Assembly (NCBI GenBank): GCA_030390025.1
Contig: CM059432.1
Location: 79,052,001 to 79,116,000 of the forward strand
From: Squalus acanthias
Lineage: Eukaryota
Reading direction: 5' to 3'
DNA length: 64,000 nt
In this document: positions 13,217-23,719 of the stretch, in pieces
How the letters are laid out: each line of letters opens with the position of its first letter
Position numbering within the stretch: the stretch's first letter is position 1
Made by a program: the position numbers and the translations under genes
The notes under the pieces: model-generated
Told to the model about the DNA's origin: nothing
The model's input: only the letters and a program-made list of their open reading frames with translations
Databases searched by the model: none

Positions 13217-13716
13217 TAAGAACATAAGAAATAGGAGCAGAAGTAGGCCAATCGGCCCCTCGAGCCTGCTCCGCCATTCAATAAGATCATGGCTGATCTG
13301 ATCCTCACCTCAAATCTAAAGAACACAAGAAGTAGGAGCAGGACCCGGCCACTCAGCCCCTGGGCCCGCTACGCCACCCACAGGGCCTCGACCGATCCGA
13401 ACTCAGCCTCATGTCCAATTTCCTGCCCGCTCCCCGTAACCCCTAATTCCCTTTACTTCTAGGAAACTGTCTATTTCTGTTTTAAATTTATTTAATGATG
13501 TAGCTTCCTGGGGCAGCAAATTCCACAGACCTACTACCCTCTGAGTGAAGAAGTTTCTCCTCATCTCAGTTTTGAAAGAGCAGCCCCTTATTCTAAGATT
13601 ATGCCCCCTAGTTCTAGTTTCACCCATCCTTGGGAACATCCTTACCGCATCCACCCGATCAAGCCCCTTCACAATCTTATATGTTTCAATAAGATCGCCT
13701 CTCATTCTTCTGAACA
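13217..13716 (-). mobile_element. CR1 LINE 3' fragment
   Basis: RRMRGDLIETYKI...RNFFTQRVVGLWN on the minus strand, with tail aagaacataagaaataggagc. Confidence 0.9.
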
Positions 13717-14779
13717 TTATGCAGACATAATGGACCTGAGAGGATACTTACAATGTGTAAATTGGGTAGGCTGAGGGCAGAGTTTGGGGCAGGACACAGT
13801 TACACTGGGTCTCCATTCCATTTTTTGGCAGACGAAAAATTCTGATACAGGTGAAGGTTGGCGCTTCTTTAGGCCATTGCGGTCCAACTCATGTTGACAT
13901 AAGAGGCAGAACTGGCAGGATGACATCAACCACCACAAATCCCACCTCATTTGCACCCCATGCAAAGTAGATCTGCAAGATTCAGGTGTACTTGCGTGCC
14001 AAAGGTGACATGCTGGCAGAATTGGCACATACAATGCAGATTCCCTAACTGCAATCGATTGCAGAGGAAAGTGGATGTTGAAAAATAGTCACTTTTTAAA
14101 AAAAAAACTTAGATCTTCAACTAGAACAGCCTACCCTTTCCTCTCTCCCCCCCCCCCCCCGCCGAAGTGTCAAGTGCCACTCCAAAATCCCTGTGGAGAA
14201 GACGTCCAGGGAGAATTGTGAAGCAGTGGGCGCCAGTTATGCAAATAACCCCATTCCTGGGATTTGGAACACGGTCAGCACTGGGTCATACTGGTGAGCA
14301 GAAGTTCCACCCTGCCACACTTCTACTGTCAGATTCCTCCTGGAATTTTGGGCCTCCAGGAATTTCAGACCCAGTACTACCTTTATTTTCAATTAAATAA
14401 TACAAAGCACAGAAATCTGGTAAATACTAAAAAGTATTCACATAAACTCACATTTACATACTGAAAATCCATAATGGGTCAATTATGCTTTATAAGGGCA
14501 ATTCCAGAATGAATGTAAAGGCCTCTACTTCTGAACAGCATATCCAGTGTGAATCTTTGTTGACCCTCAAACAGGGTGTCCAGGACATGATTCAAACAAC
14601 AACTTTGCAAAAGACTTCCTTGTTTAACGCCAAGGCTGCTATTCAACTGCAAAGGTGTTGAATCCAACAAAGTCTATTACATTTTAAATGCATTCCCATC
14701 CAACAATATCTCAAGTCTCACAATTCACATAAAATACCACAACCAAATACTAAATGCATAATCTCAATGGACCTTGGGC

Positions 14780-15885
14780 ATGCATCAAGGCAGCATTTGA
14801 CCGAGTGTGGCATCAAGGAGCCCTAGTAAAACTGAAGTCAATGGGAATCGGGGGGAAAAACTCTCCATTGGCTGAAGTCATACCTAGCACAAAGGAAGAT
14901 GGTTGTGGTTGTTGGAGGTCAATCACCCAGGACAGGAGTTCCTCAGGGCAGTGTCCTAGGCCCAACCATCTTCAGCTGCTTCATCAATGACCTTCCCTCC
15001 AAAATAAGGTCAGAAATGGGGATGTTTGCTGATGACTGCAGAGTGGTCAGTGCCATTCGCATCTCCTCAGATAATGAAGCAGTCCATGCCCGCTTGCAAC
15101 AAGACCCGGACGACATTCAGGCTTGGGCTGATAAGTGGCAGGTAACATTCACGCCACAGAAGTGCCAGGCAATGACCATCTCCAACAAGAGAGAGTCTAA
15201 CCACCGCCCCTTGACATTCAACAGCATTACCATCGCCAAATCCCCCACCATCAACATCCTGGGGGTAACCATTGACCAGAAACTTAACTGGACCAGCCAC
15301 ATAAATACTGTGGCAACAAGAGCAGGTCAGAGGCTAGGTATTCTGCAGCGAGTGTCTCACCTCCTGACTCCCCAAAGCCTTTCCACCATCTACAAGGCAC
15401 AAGTAAGGAGTGTGATGGAATACTCTCCACTTGCCTGGGTGAGTGCAGCTCCAACAACACTCAAGAAGCTCGATACCATCCAGGACAAAGCAGCTCGCTT
15501 GATTGGCACTCCCTCCACCACTGGCGTTCCGTGGCTGCAGTGTGCACCATCTACAAGATGCACTGCAGCAACTCGCCAAGGCTTCTTCAGCAGCACCTCC
15601 CAAACCCACCACCTCTACCGCCTAGAAGGACAAGGGCAGCAGGCGCATGGGAACACCACCACCTCCAAGTTCCCCTCCATGTCACACACCATCCTGACTT
15701 AGAAGTATATCGCCATTCCTTCATCGTCGCTGGGTCAAAATCCTGGTACTCCCTCCCTAACAGCATTGTGGGAGTACCTTCAACACACAGACTGCAGCGG
15801 TTCAAGAAGGTGGTTCACCACCACCTTCTCAAGGGCAATTAGGGATGGGCAATAAATGCTGGCCTTGCCAGCTACGCCCACAAAA
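14780..15885 (+). mobile_element. CR1/L2-group LINE, third family ('family C'), 3' RT fragment
   Basis: KAAFDRVWHQG...GVPQGSVLGPTIFSCFINDL...MFADD...YKAQVRSVMEYS, with a 3' end gggcaataaatgctggccttgcc. Four more copies occur in the window. Confidence 0.88.
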
Positions 15886-17139
15886 AACAAAATTATGCAA
15901 ATTCCAGTAGATGTCATCCACTTCACAACTTGGTGTCAACCATACACAAATCGTTTATTTCATAGCAGGGAAGGCTACTGTTAAGGAAACAAGCCGATGT
16001 GATCACAATAGACAGTCTAATTAAAAAATTAAACCAGCCATTTAAGTTTGTGAAATTGTGACATTATTTCAGCAATTAAATTATTTTGGGGATAACCGAT
16101 TGTGTCTTAATGCCTTCATACTGCATTAAACAGTATTTATTCAGCATAGAAACTGATTATTAAGTTATATGTTAAAAAAGGTGCAATCGGTTTGGTTAAT
16201 CGGTCATCTCAGATAAATAGCGTTCAGGTAAACAGTTTGGCTGTGACGAGGTAAATCACTCAATGAGGGGAAAACTAACTTATCTGATTCATATTAAATA
16301 GATTTCATTTCTGTAATTTAGTTTACGGGAGAATAAATAAACAAACCTGCATTCTACTTAACTGCTATTTGTTAAACTATTCTGAAGAGCATATTTAACA
16401 ATCTTTCAATATAATACATCTCTTGAGGATTCCACTGAATGCAAGAACACAAAAATCGAGAACTTAATTGGAAAATGGCCCGTCTTGTTCCACTCCCCTC
16501 ATTCTAATCCAGCATAAGAAACAAAACGTGAACAATTGTATTCTATCAAATCTATTTTTTTATCGTAAACGTCAGATCATGGCTAATCTAACCCTGCAAT
16601 AAACCAGACAGCTAAAAACTGCAACGATTTCGGTTGAATCGCAGCTATTGGCTAACTATTGCCAATTTTATTTTTTGGCCGGCTTCTCTGATCAGTTTCA
16701 CAACGATGTTATGCAGTACGCCCAGTTATGATGTGGCAAATTATATGTACAAGAACATAGGGATGACAATCAACAGATTAAAGTTTTCAAAAATACTTTA
16801 TCTCTAATTCGCGCGTTACACCTGGTGTACTTTGCAAATTTCACTTTGAGTTTAGCAGCTCTGCAAGCAACTTTTCTTGCTGGATGTGAACATGCGTAAA
16901 GTTTACTTTAAGTTTTTTTTGCAAAACACCTAATCATAACATTGTTATTATTCTTAAGCACGTTACCTCAAAAAGGACGCCATAAAAAGTTTTTTTTTAC
17001 ATCATATGCGAATAGTTGCTGACTTCGCAGCCCCACTGTAACCTGCTGCAGACAGCTGGCAGCAAGAGCAGCTTTCACTAGTGATAAAATAAAGAGAAGA
17101 CAGTCCAATCCTCTGGTCAAGGAGCCCTGATCACGGTGA

Positions 17140-17780
17140 TTGCTTTAAGTGAGAAGCCGCCGGCTGCGCACTCACCTCCGAGCTCGCTTGGCCATCATTC
17201 ACAAGGACCGTTTCTCTCCGGTACAAACACTCGCTCACTCACACGGGGGCTCCGGGGTGGTTAGTGTCCGATAATTAATACATCGGGGGGGTCCGGCCGG
17301 CTGAGGGTCGCTGCTGGCTGACTCAATGCCAGCAGTGGAGTCACCATATCCCCACCCTCCGTGTGTCTCGACTCCTGTCCGCCGGTCCTTCAGCCGCTGT
17401 CAGACTCCGGCTCCGTTTTCTATATCCCGCCAAATCTCGCGCCCAGCCTCCCTCTCAACTATTCCCCGACAACATTTGAATGTGCGCACGCGTCCTGACC
17501 GTTCATAGGCCGAGAATCAGCCAAGGGCGGGGCGGGGCAGCTGGTGCGCGAGCGCGCACGTCATATTGCGCGGGGAGGGGGCGGGGCGCCGCCGCAGTGC
17601 ACTGTGGGCGTTGTAGTTCGCGTTTGGCGTTCGTTCTGAGCGCCTTGAACTGGTTTCCCTTCGCGGCATGAGATGAATAGCAACAGCGCCATCTTGTGTG
17701 CTGCTCGCACAGTGCATGGATTTAGAAACTGGGCACAGGTCTTGCAGCCCCGTGATTGGCTCTGTGCGGTGTGAAGTTAT
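17140..17780 (-). promoter_or_regulatory. CpG-island promoter/5' UTR of MYBL1
   Basis: High CpG density. Motifs: E2F site TTTGGCGGGA (17434-17425), CHR hexamer TTTGAA (17475-17480), GC boxes GGGCGGGGC (~17525-17537 and ~17578-17587), ZNF143-type motif (17593-17619), YY1/CTCF-like CACAAGATGGCGCTG (~17684-17698), CCAAT (~17755-17759). Confidence 0.85.
17176..17195 (-). CDS. MYBL1: MYBL1 (A-MYB) first coding exon, 20 nt
   Basis: The minus strand reads ATG GCC AAG CGA GCT CGG AG|gtgagt = MAKRARS, with a perfect donor inside a CpG island. Mammalian A-MYB starts MAKRSRS, and MYBL1 lies directly downstream of VCPIP1 on the same strand in human. A second in-frame ATG sits immediately upstream (17198). 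Confidence 0.88.
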
Positions 17781-18214
17781 GCGTCTGCTCCAGTCGATCT
17801 CCCCTGCTGTTGCGCACAGTAAATTCTAGAATATAGTCCCTCTCTTGCTGATCCCTGTGCCTGTGCTATCTTTGTGTTGCTGTTTCTGTCTTCCCACCCC
17901 CCTTTCCTTCCAGATGGGAGATGATGGGTGCTATGGTGTGGCGGGAAAAGAAATGAGCAACGGCTGTAGGCTGCTTTTGAGGTGGAATTTGAGGAGAAAA
18001 TAACTTTTCGCAGCTCCCTTCTCATCCTCCTCTAATCATGTTATGCTTCCCCCACCCCTCACTCCCATTATGTTCCCTTCCCCTTCTCCTTTCCATTATC
18101 TATCCCCCTTCCAACCATTTCCTCAATCCCATCACTACTCCTGAATAATCTCTTTTGAACTAGCTACTCAACACCTGCTTTCTCCCTTTTTCAGTTCCAT
18201 CCCTCCCTCTGAGG

Positions 18215-18955
18215 GCAGATGGCGAATTTGCAAGGAGGTGTTTTGAGGAGAGGGGTGATAATTGTGGTTTTGAAATGGATGGGGCCAGTACCTGATGAGG
18301 GAACTATTTAAAATGTCAGCTACCATGGGGACCAGAAAGGGAAGGCGAATGGTTAGTTTAGTGGGAATGGGGTCAAGAGAGCTGGAGGTGCATCAAATGG
18401 ACACGATGAGCTTGGATAGGGCATGAAGGGGAGATAGGACAGAAACTAGAGAAGGCACAGGTTCAGTGCGAGGGCAGGGGGAGGTTTGGCTTGGTGGGCA
18501 AAAAGGGGGGAGGGCAGCTGAATAGATAGTCTCCATCTTAGTGACAAAAAAGTCAATGTTTGTTGTTGGAGGTGAGGATGGAGGAGGCAGGAGAGAGGGG
18601 TTTCAGGAAATGATTAGTAGTAGAGAAAATAAGTTGTGGGTTAGCTTTGCACTGCAGGATGATTTTGGAGTAGTGTGCAGTTTTGGGCGAGGGTGAGGCC
18701 CGATAGCGCTTAATGTGGTCTTTCCACATCTGGTGATGGATATAAACCAGTTATGCGGCAGATACATTCAAGTCTACACCTCTGACTTGAGAGAGCAAAG
18801 ATTGAGGCCAAAGCAGGTGGAATGACCGGGATGGGAGTGAGTAAAGGTTTTGCTCGGAACAAAGGCATCAAAGGTGGAGGAGAATGAATGTTTGAGCAGA
18901 TCGGCAGCTACAGAAGTATCATGGCAAATGGAGCATCAATGGCTAGGCAGTGTTA
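18215..18955 (-). mobile_element. Degenerate L2-like LINE internal fragment
   Basis: The reverse complement resembles 49500-50230 (tttgtcactaagat, cactactccaaaatcatcc, accacctttgatgcc). Confidence 0.7.
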
Positions 18956-18957
18956 GT

Positions 18958-19025
18958 TAGCTGTGGCTCGGTGGTAGCACTCTTGCTTATGCGTCAGAAG
19001 GCTGAGGGTTCAAGCCCTATTCCTC
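18958..19025 (+). mobile_element. SINE tRNA-like head only
   Basis: gctgtggctcggtggtagcactcttgc...agaaggctgagggttcaagccc carries A and B boxes and matches the head at 43782. Confidence 0.7.
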
Positions 19026-19479
19026 TATTTATCACAACACATCAACTTTTCACCATCATGGGTTGTTTATAAAATAACTGAATCATTCAAAATGCTTTTT
19101 CAAAAAAAATCATTCACCATTTTTCTCAGTAACTGACATTTTTAATGTGGAAAATAAGGTATAAAACAAAATAAAATATATTTTTTTTACAGTAACATAA
19201 AATTTACCCATTAAATTGCCCTTTGTGATTTCACTAAAGTTTTTACTGTGTCAAAACATTGGGCTTCAACTGGATTATTTCTACCTCCCAACAATTGGAG
19301 AGAGCATTCTATGCATTCTGAATTAGTGCAGTATACAGAATTGTACACCATCCCCCCTGCCATGCTGTAAATTCCTAATTGCACCAGATGGTTTCCCCCC
19401 ACCTCCACCCACCCTGCCAAAGCTTCCAACTCCCCTCCCCAGACTAGCTGCACCCCAGGACCACATGAGCCAGAACTTC

Positions 19480-19792
19480 CCCCGCACTCCCAGAATCCAG
19501 GACCCTATCTCATTGCTTATAAACCCCTAGACTTAATTCCAGTTCTCCCTGATCCCAGGGCCACCCCAGTGTTCACAGACCTGGGACCTCTCTCACTGAT
19601 ACACCCAGGATCCCTCGCCTCGTGATCCCAAATCCTGGAACCCCCCTCTGTAGTGTTAGTGGAACCCTGCCACCCTCCCAGTACTCCCAGACCCTAGTGC
19701 CCACCTCATAGTACTCCTAGACACTGAGATCCTACACCAGTACTGTTGAACTCTGGGCTCCCTTCTCAGTGCTCCCAGATCCGAGGACTGCC
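19480..19792. repeat. Degenerate ~27-31 bp minisatellite
   Basis: Successive units such as gtactcccagaccctagtgcccacctcata / gtactcctagacactgagatcctacacca / gtactgttgaactctgggctcccttctca / gtgctcccagatccgaggac. Confidence 0.6.
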
Positions 19793-19811
19793 CAGAATGC
19801 TGCTAATTTAG

Positions 19812-19960
19812 GTGTCAGCCTGGGCTCAATGGCAAAACTCTCACCTGAGTCAGAAAGTCATGGGCTCAAGCCCTATTCCAGGGACTTGAGCACATAATCG
19901 AGGCTGACACTTCAGTGCAGTACTGAGGAGTGCTACACTGTCAGAAGTGCTGTCTTTCAG
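19812..19960 (+). mobile_element. Deu-type SINE 5' half
   Basis: gtcagcctgggctcaatgg...gggctcaagccc...gtgcagtactgaggagtgctacactgtcagaagtgctgtctttcag, homologous to the copies at 10168 and 43782. Confidence 0.78.
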
Positions 19961-20672
19961 ATAACCACCTCTCCTTGACGTTCAATGGCATTACCATCAT
20001 CGAATTCTCCACCATTAAGATCCTGGGGGTCACCATTGACCAGGAACTTAACTGGGCCAGCCACATAAATACTGTGGCTACAAGAGCAGGTCAGAGGCTG
20101 GGAATTCTGCAGTGAGTGACTCACCTCCTGACTCCCTAAAGCCTACATCTACAAGGCACAAGTCAGGAGTGTGATGGAATACTTTCCATTTGCCTGGATG
20201 AGTGCAGCTCCAACAACACTCAAGAAGCTCGACACCATCTAGGACAAAGCAGCCCACTTGATTGGCACCCCATCCACTACCTACACAACCGGCACACCGT
20301 GGCTGCAGTATGTACCATCAATAAGATGCACTGCAGCAACTCGCCAAGGCTTCTTCGACAGCACCTCCCAAACCCACGACCTCTACCACCTAGAAGGACA
20401 AGGGCAGCAGGCGCATGGGAACACCACCATCTCCAAGTTCCCCTCCAAGTCTCACACCATCCTGGCTTGGAAATATATCGCCATTCCTTCATCGTCGCTG
20501 GGTTAAAATCCTGGAACTCCCTACCTAACAGCACTGTGGAAGTACCTTCACCACACGGACTGCAGCGGTTCAAGAAGGCGGCTCACCACCACCTTCTCAA
20601 GGGAAATTAGGGATGGGCAATAAATGCTGGCCTTGCCAGCAATGCCCACAACCTGTGAATGAATAATTTAAA
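19961..20672 (+). mobile_element. Family C LINE 3' fragment
   Basis: Closely similar to 15197-15885 (LTFNGITI...DQELNWASHINTVATRAGQRLG; tail gtgaatgaataa). Confidence 0.88.
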
Positions 20673-21244
20673 AAAATTAGAAGCAAGCAAAAAGCTGTAG
20701 AAAAAGTTATAAAAGTGCTGAAAATAAATGTTTTATAGTGTGACAAAGAGCTGCAATACCCAGGCATGAGAGAAGTAGGCATGACAAAATTATAATACAA
20801 TAGTGTGTGAATTGGACAGTGTGTTATACACAAAACATTTAATATATTATAGATATACATAAGCACCTATCTATTGTTCTCTATTTTTATGTCAAATTAG
20901 GAAAGGGGAATTATTGCCAGATTTGCAGATTGGCCAAAATGCAGAAATCCATTTTACTCCAGCAAAAGACATTCCTGGAACCAGATTCTTAATATTGGCA
21001 ACTATGTTGGTGATCAATCTCTGTAGCTTATGTCATATCTTCTGTGGAGGAGCGTGGGAGGCCATCTACCTATTCATCTCAATCAGTTTATACAATACTA
21101 GATGCCTTCCTATCAAGGTGTTGTGAGCAATGTCAAACTTGTACGTCCGTTAACCAATCCATTGGCCTTTTGGCCTTGTATCCTGGGCAGTGAAGCTCAG
21201 ATACCAACCTTTCTGGTAGTTCAGGTAAACATAAAAGAGACCAT

Positions 21245-21678
21245 AATACAAAAGCAAAATACTGCATTAGGATGTAATAGGTTTCAAGCAAATACAGAGG
21301 CAGGGAATTGAAATTGTTGAACAGATCATAACCTCTGCCCCCATTTTTTTGACAGCTGTTGCTCATGATTCTGATATTCCCATTTCCACCTCCTCTAGAC
21401 CCATCTTTTGTTTCTTTATGTGTCTCATTACCATCTCCTTTCGCCTTGCACCAACATCTCGTCATTTAATCTCTCCTTCCTTCCATCTATCAGACTTTCC
21501 CTTTTGTTCTTTCCTCCCACCCCCTTTCTCTGCCTCTGTACTTGCTTGAAACCTATTACATCTCTAACCTTTTGCAGCTCTGACAAAAGATCATCGACCT
21601 GAAACGTTACCTCTGTTTCTCTCTCCACAGATGCTCCCTGACCTGTTGAGTATTTCCAGCATTTTCTGTTTTTATTAT
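21245..21678 (+). mobile_element. Penelope terminal-repeat insertion with a short inverted end
   Basis: An inverted stub aatacaaaagcaaaatactgc is followed by the terminal repeat containing ctgacaaaagatcatcgacctgaaacgtt. The flanking direct repeat aagagaccat lies at 21235-21244 and 21679-21688. Confidence 0.8.
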
Positions 21679-21814
21679 AAGAGACCATGACACTTGTCAA
21701 GAGAATAGGGAATTTTCCTAGTGTCCTGGTCAACATGAGAACAGTGACTGTTCTCCTACAACCCAATCACCCTTCCATACTTCCACAACCATACCTCAAG
21801 CCCCTGCCCCACAA

Positions 21815-22065
21815 TTATAGAATCTTACAGCACAGGAGACCATTTGGCCAATCGTGCCTGTACCAGCTCTTTGAAAGAACTATCTAATTAGTGCCACTCC
21901 CCTGCTCTTTCCCCATAGCCCTGCAAATTTTTCCTTTTCAAGTATATATCCAATTCCCTTTTTAAAGTTATTATTGAATCTGCTTCCACCCCCCTTTCAA
22001 ACAGTGCATTCCAGATCATAACAACTCACTACTTTAAAAAAAATTCCCCTCATCTCCCCTCTTTT
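21815..22065 (-). mobile_element. CR1 3' end
   Basis: atagaatcttacagcacagg...ccccatagccctgcaaatt...tgaatctgcttccacc is the reverse complement of the tail seen at 33700-33925. Confidence 0.8.
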
Positions 22066-22089
22066 TTTTGCCATTATTTTTATATGCAT

Positions 22090-23356
22090 TTCAAAAGACC
22101 AGGTTAGTGGATGAGGGTAATCTGGTAGATATTTCTGAACTTTTAGAAAGTTTTTGATTAAAATACCTCACAAGAGGCAGCTCGATAGGATAGAATCTTG
22201 TGGAATTAGTGGTAATCTGCTGTGGTTGATTAAGAATTTGCTGAATGCCCATCGACAGAAAGTTGTTGTCAATGGATTTGGATCTGCTTGGTATTGGGAA
22301 ATGATTCACAAGTTTGCGAACAATACCAAGATATATGCGCATGGTAGGATTGTAGAGGATGCTTTACTACTGCAAGCACATACTGATGTATTGGAAGAAT
22401 GGCAAATTATGTTTAACTTAGAAAAGTGTTGTGTTATGCACTTGGGCAGATCAAATGCTGAATATACTTACACCCCATCAGGAACAGAATTAAAGCCAGT
22501 GGTGAAAGAAAGAGATCTGGGTATTTTAGTGCATCATCACTTGCTACAGCTTTACGACCAATGCCGTGAAGACATAGCTTAAAGCAAACAGGCTTCTAGA
22601 TTGTATTCACATGACGATTCACTATAAAACAAAGCATACCATTTTGTCCTTGTAGAAGAATTTGGTTAGGCCTCAGTTAGAATACTGTGTCCAGTTTGGT
22701 CTCCTCACACAGTGGGGGATATTGGAGCTCTGGAAAGGGTGCAGAGGAGGCCCACAAGATTAATATCTAGTTTAAAACAACATAGTTACTCAAATAAGCT
22801 CAAAGAACTGGGTCTGTATACTATAGAAAAGCATTGACTTCGGGGGGATTTGATTTGAGATTTATAAAATAATGAAGGGACTAGATGATGTTATGTGGAC
22901 CAATTATTTCAACTGAATAGGTTAGGAAGGACTAGGGGTTACACGTACAAGTTATGTAAGGGTAGAACCAGGTTGGATCTTAGGTGGTTCTTCTTTTCCC
23001 AGGAAAAAATGGACCTGTAGAATAGGTTGCTGGCTCATGTGATGAACGCTGATTTTCTGTATTCCTTCAAGGAAGAGCTGGACCCGTTTCTGGCTGGGGT
23101 GGAGATCACCTCGTACAAGAGGTAGGTTTTCTATAATATAATTCAGTGTCTATGTGATCTCCTGGACTAGCTTTGATCGCCTAAAGGGGTCCGAGAAGAA
23201 TTTTCTAGTTTTTTTTCCCTAATTGGCCTGGGTTTATATATGGTTTTTCGCATCTCCCAGAAGATGTGTCTGTATTGTGATGCACTAGACATCACAACTA
23301 TATGGGATAGGCTAGATTGACTAGTGGCTCTTTTCCTGTCCGTCATTTTCGTATGT
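22090..23356 (+). mobile_element. Degenerate CR1-type LINE (distinct subfamily)
   Basis: KIPHKR...QKVVVNG...KFANNTK...WQIMFNLEKCCVMHLG...ERDLG, and ttggttaggcctcagttagaatactgtgtccagttt. Confidence 0.82.
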
Positions 23357-23719
23357 GGCACAATGGCACAACAAAATCAACAATGAGTTTTAGAGGCCAT
23401 GCCACCCCAAAACTGATGCATGTTTTGAAACAAGAGTTTGGAGATTTTGTTATAAATGAATCATAATTCAAACAGTTTAAGTAAATCTAGTTCCTACAGA
23501 TTGAACACAGAGTTTGCAATATTAACAGAAGTATTTTCTCTCAATTCGCAAGAGCTGCATAAATGCAACTAATGTAAATGGAAGAATGATGGTATTACCT
23601 GTGAAAGCACTGTTTGGGGTGCAAAGATGAAAATATCAGGCTTTCCTCTGTAGGACCAACACATGAAGAAAGAAAATATAGGTAAAACAGTTTGAAATAT
23701 TAAAAACATTCTTGGACAA

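Noticed and set aside
13725..14375. Possible additional decayed MITE
   Set aside because: It has a GC-richer interior and a TIR-like right end (aatttcagaccc), but I could not identify a matching left TIR or TSD.
1..17175. MYBL1 exon 2 or further Myb-repeat exons
   Set aside because: I found no minus-strand segment encoding the expected acidic stretch and KWT motif by eye. The Myb-like peptide at ~7270-7495 is the transposon type.
17326..18025. Short ORFs over the CpG island (and 61873-62152)
   Set aside because: They are GC-rich promoter sequence with few stops and no recognisable protein.
19480..19792. CRISPR-like array
   Set aside because: Eukaryotic context, and the units are degenerate tandem repeats with no constant repeat plus unique spacer structure.
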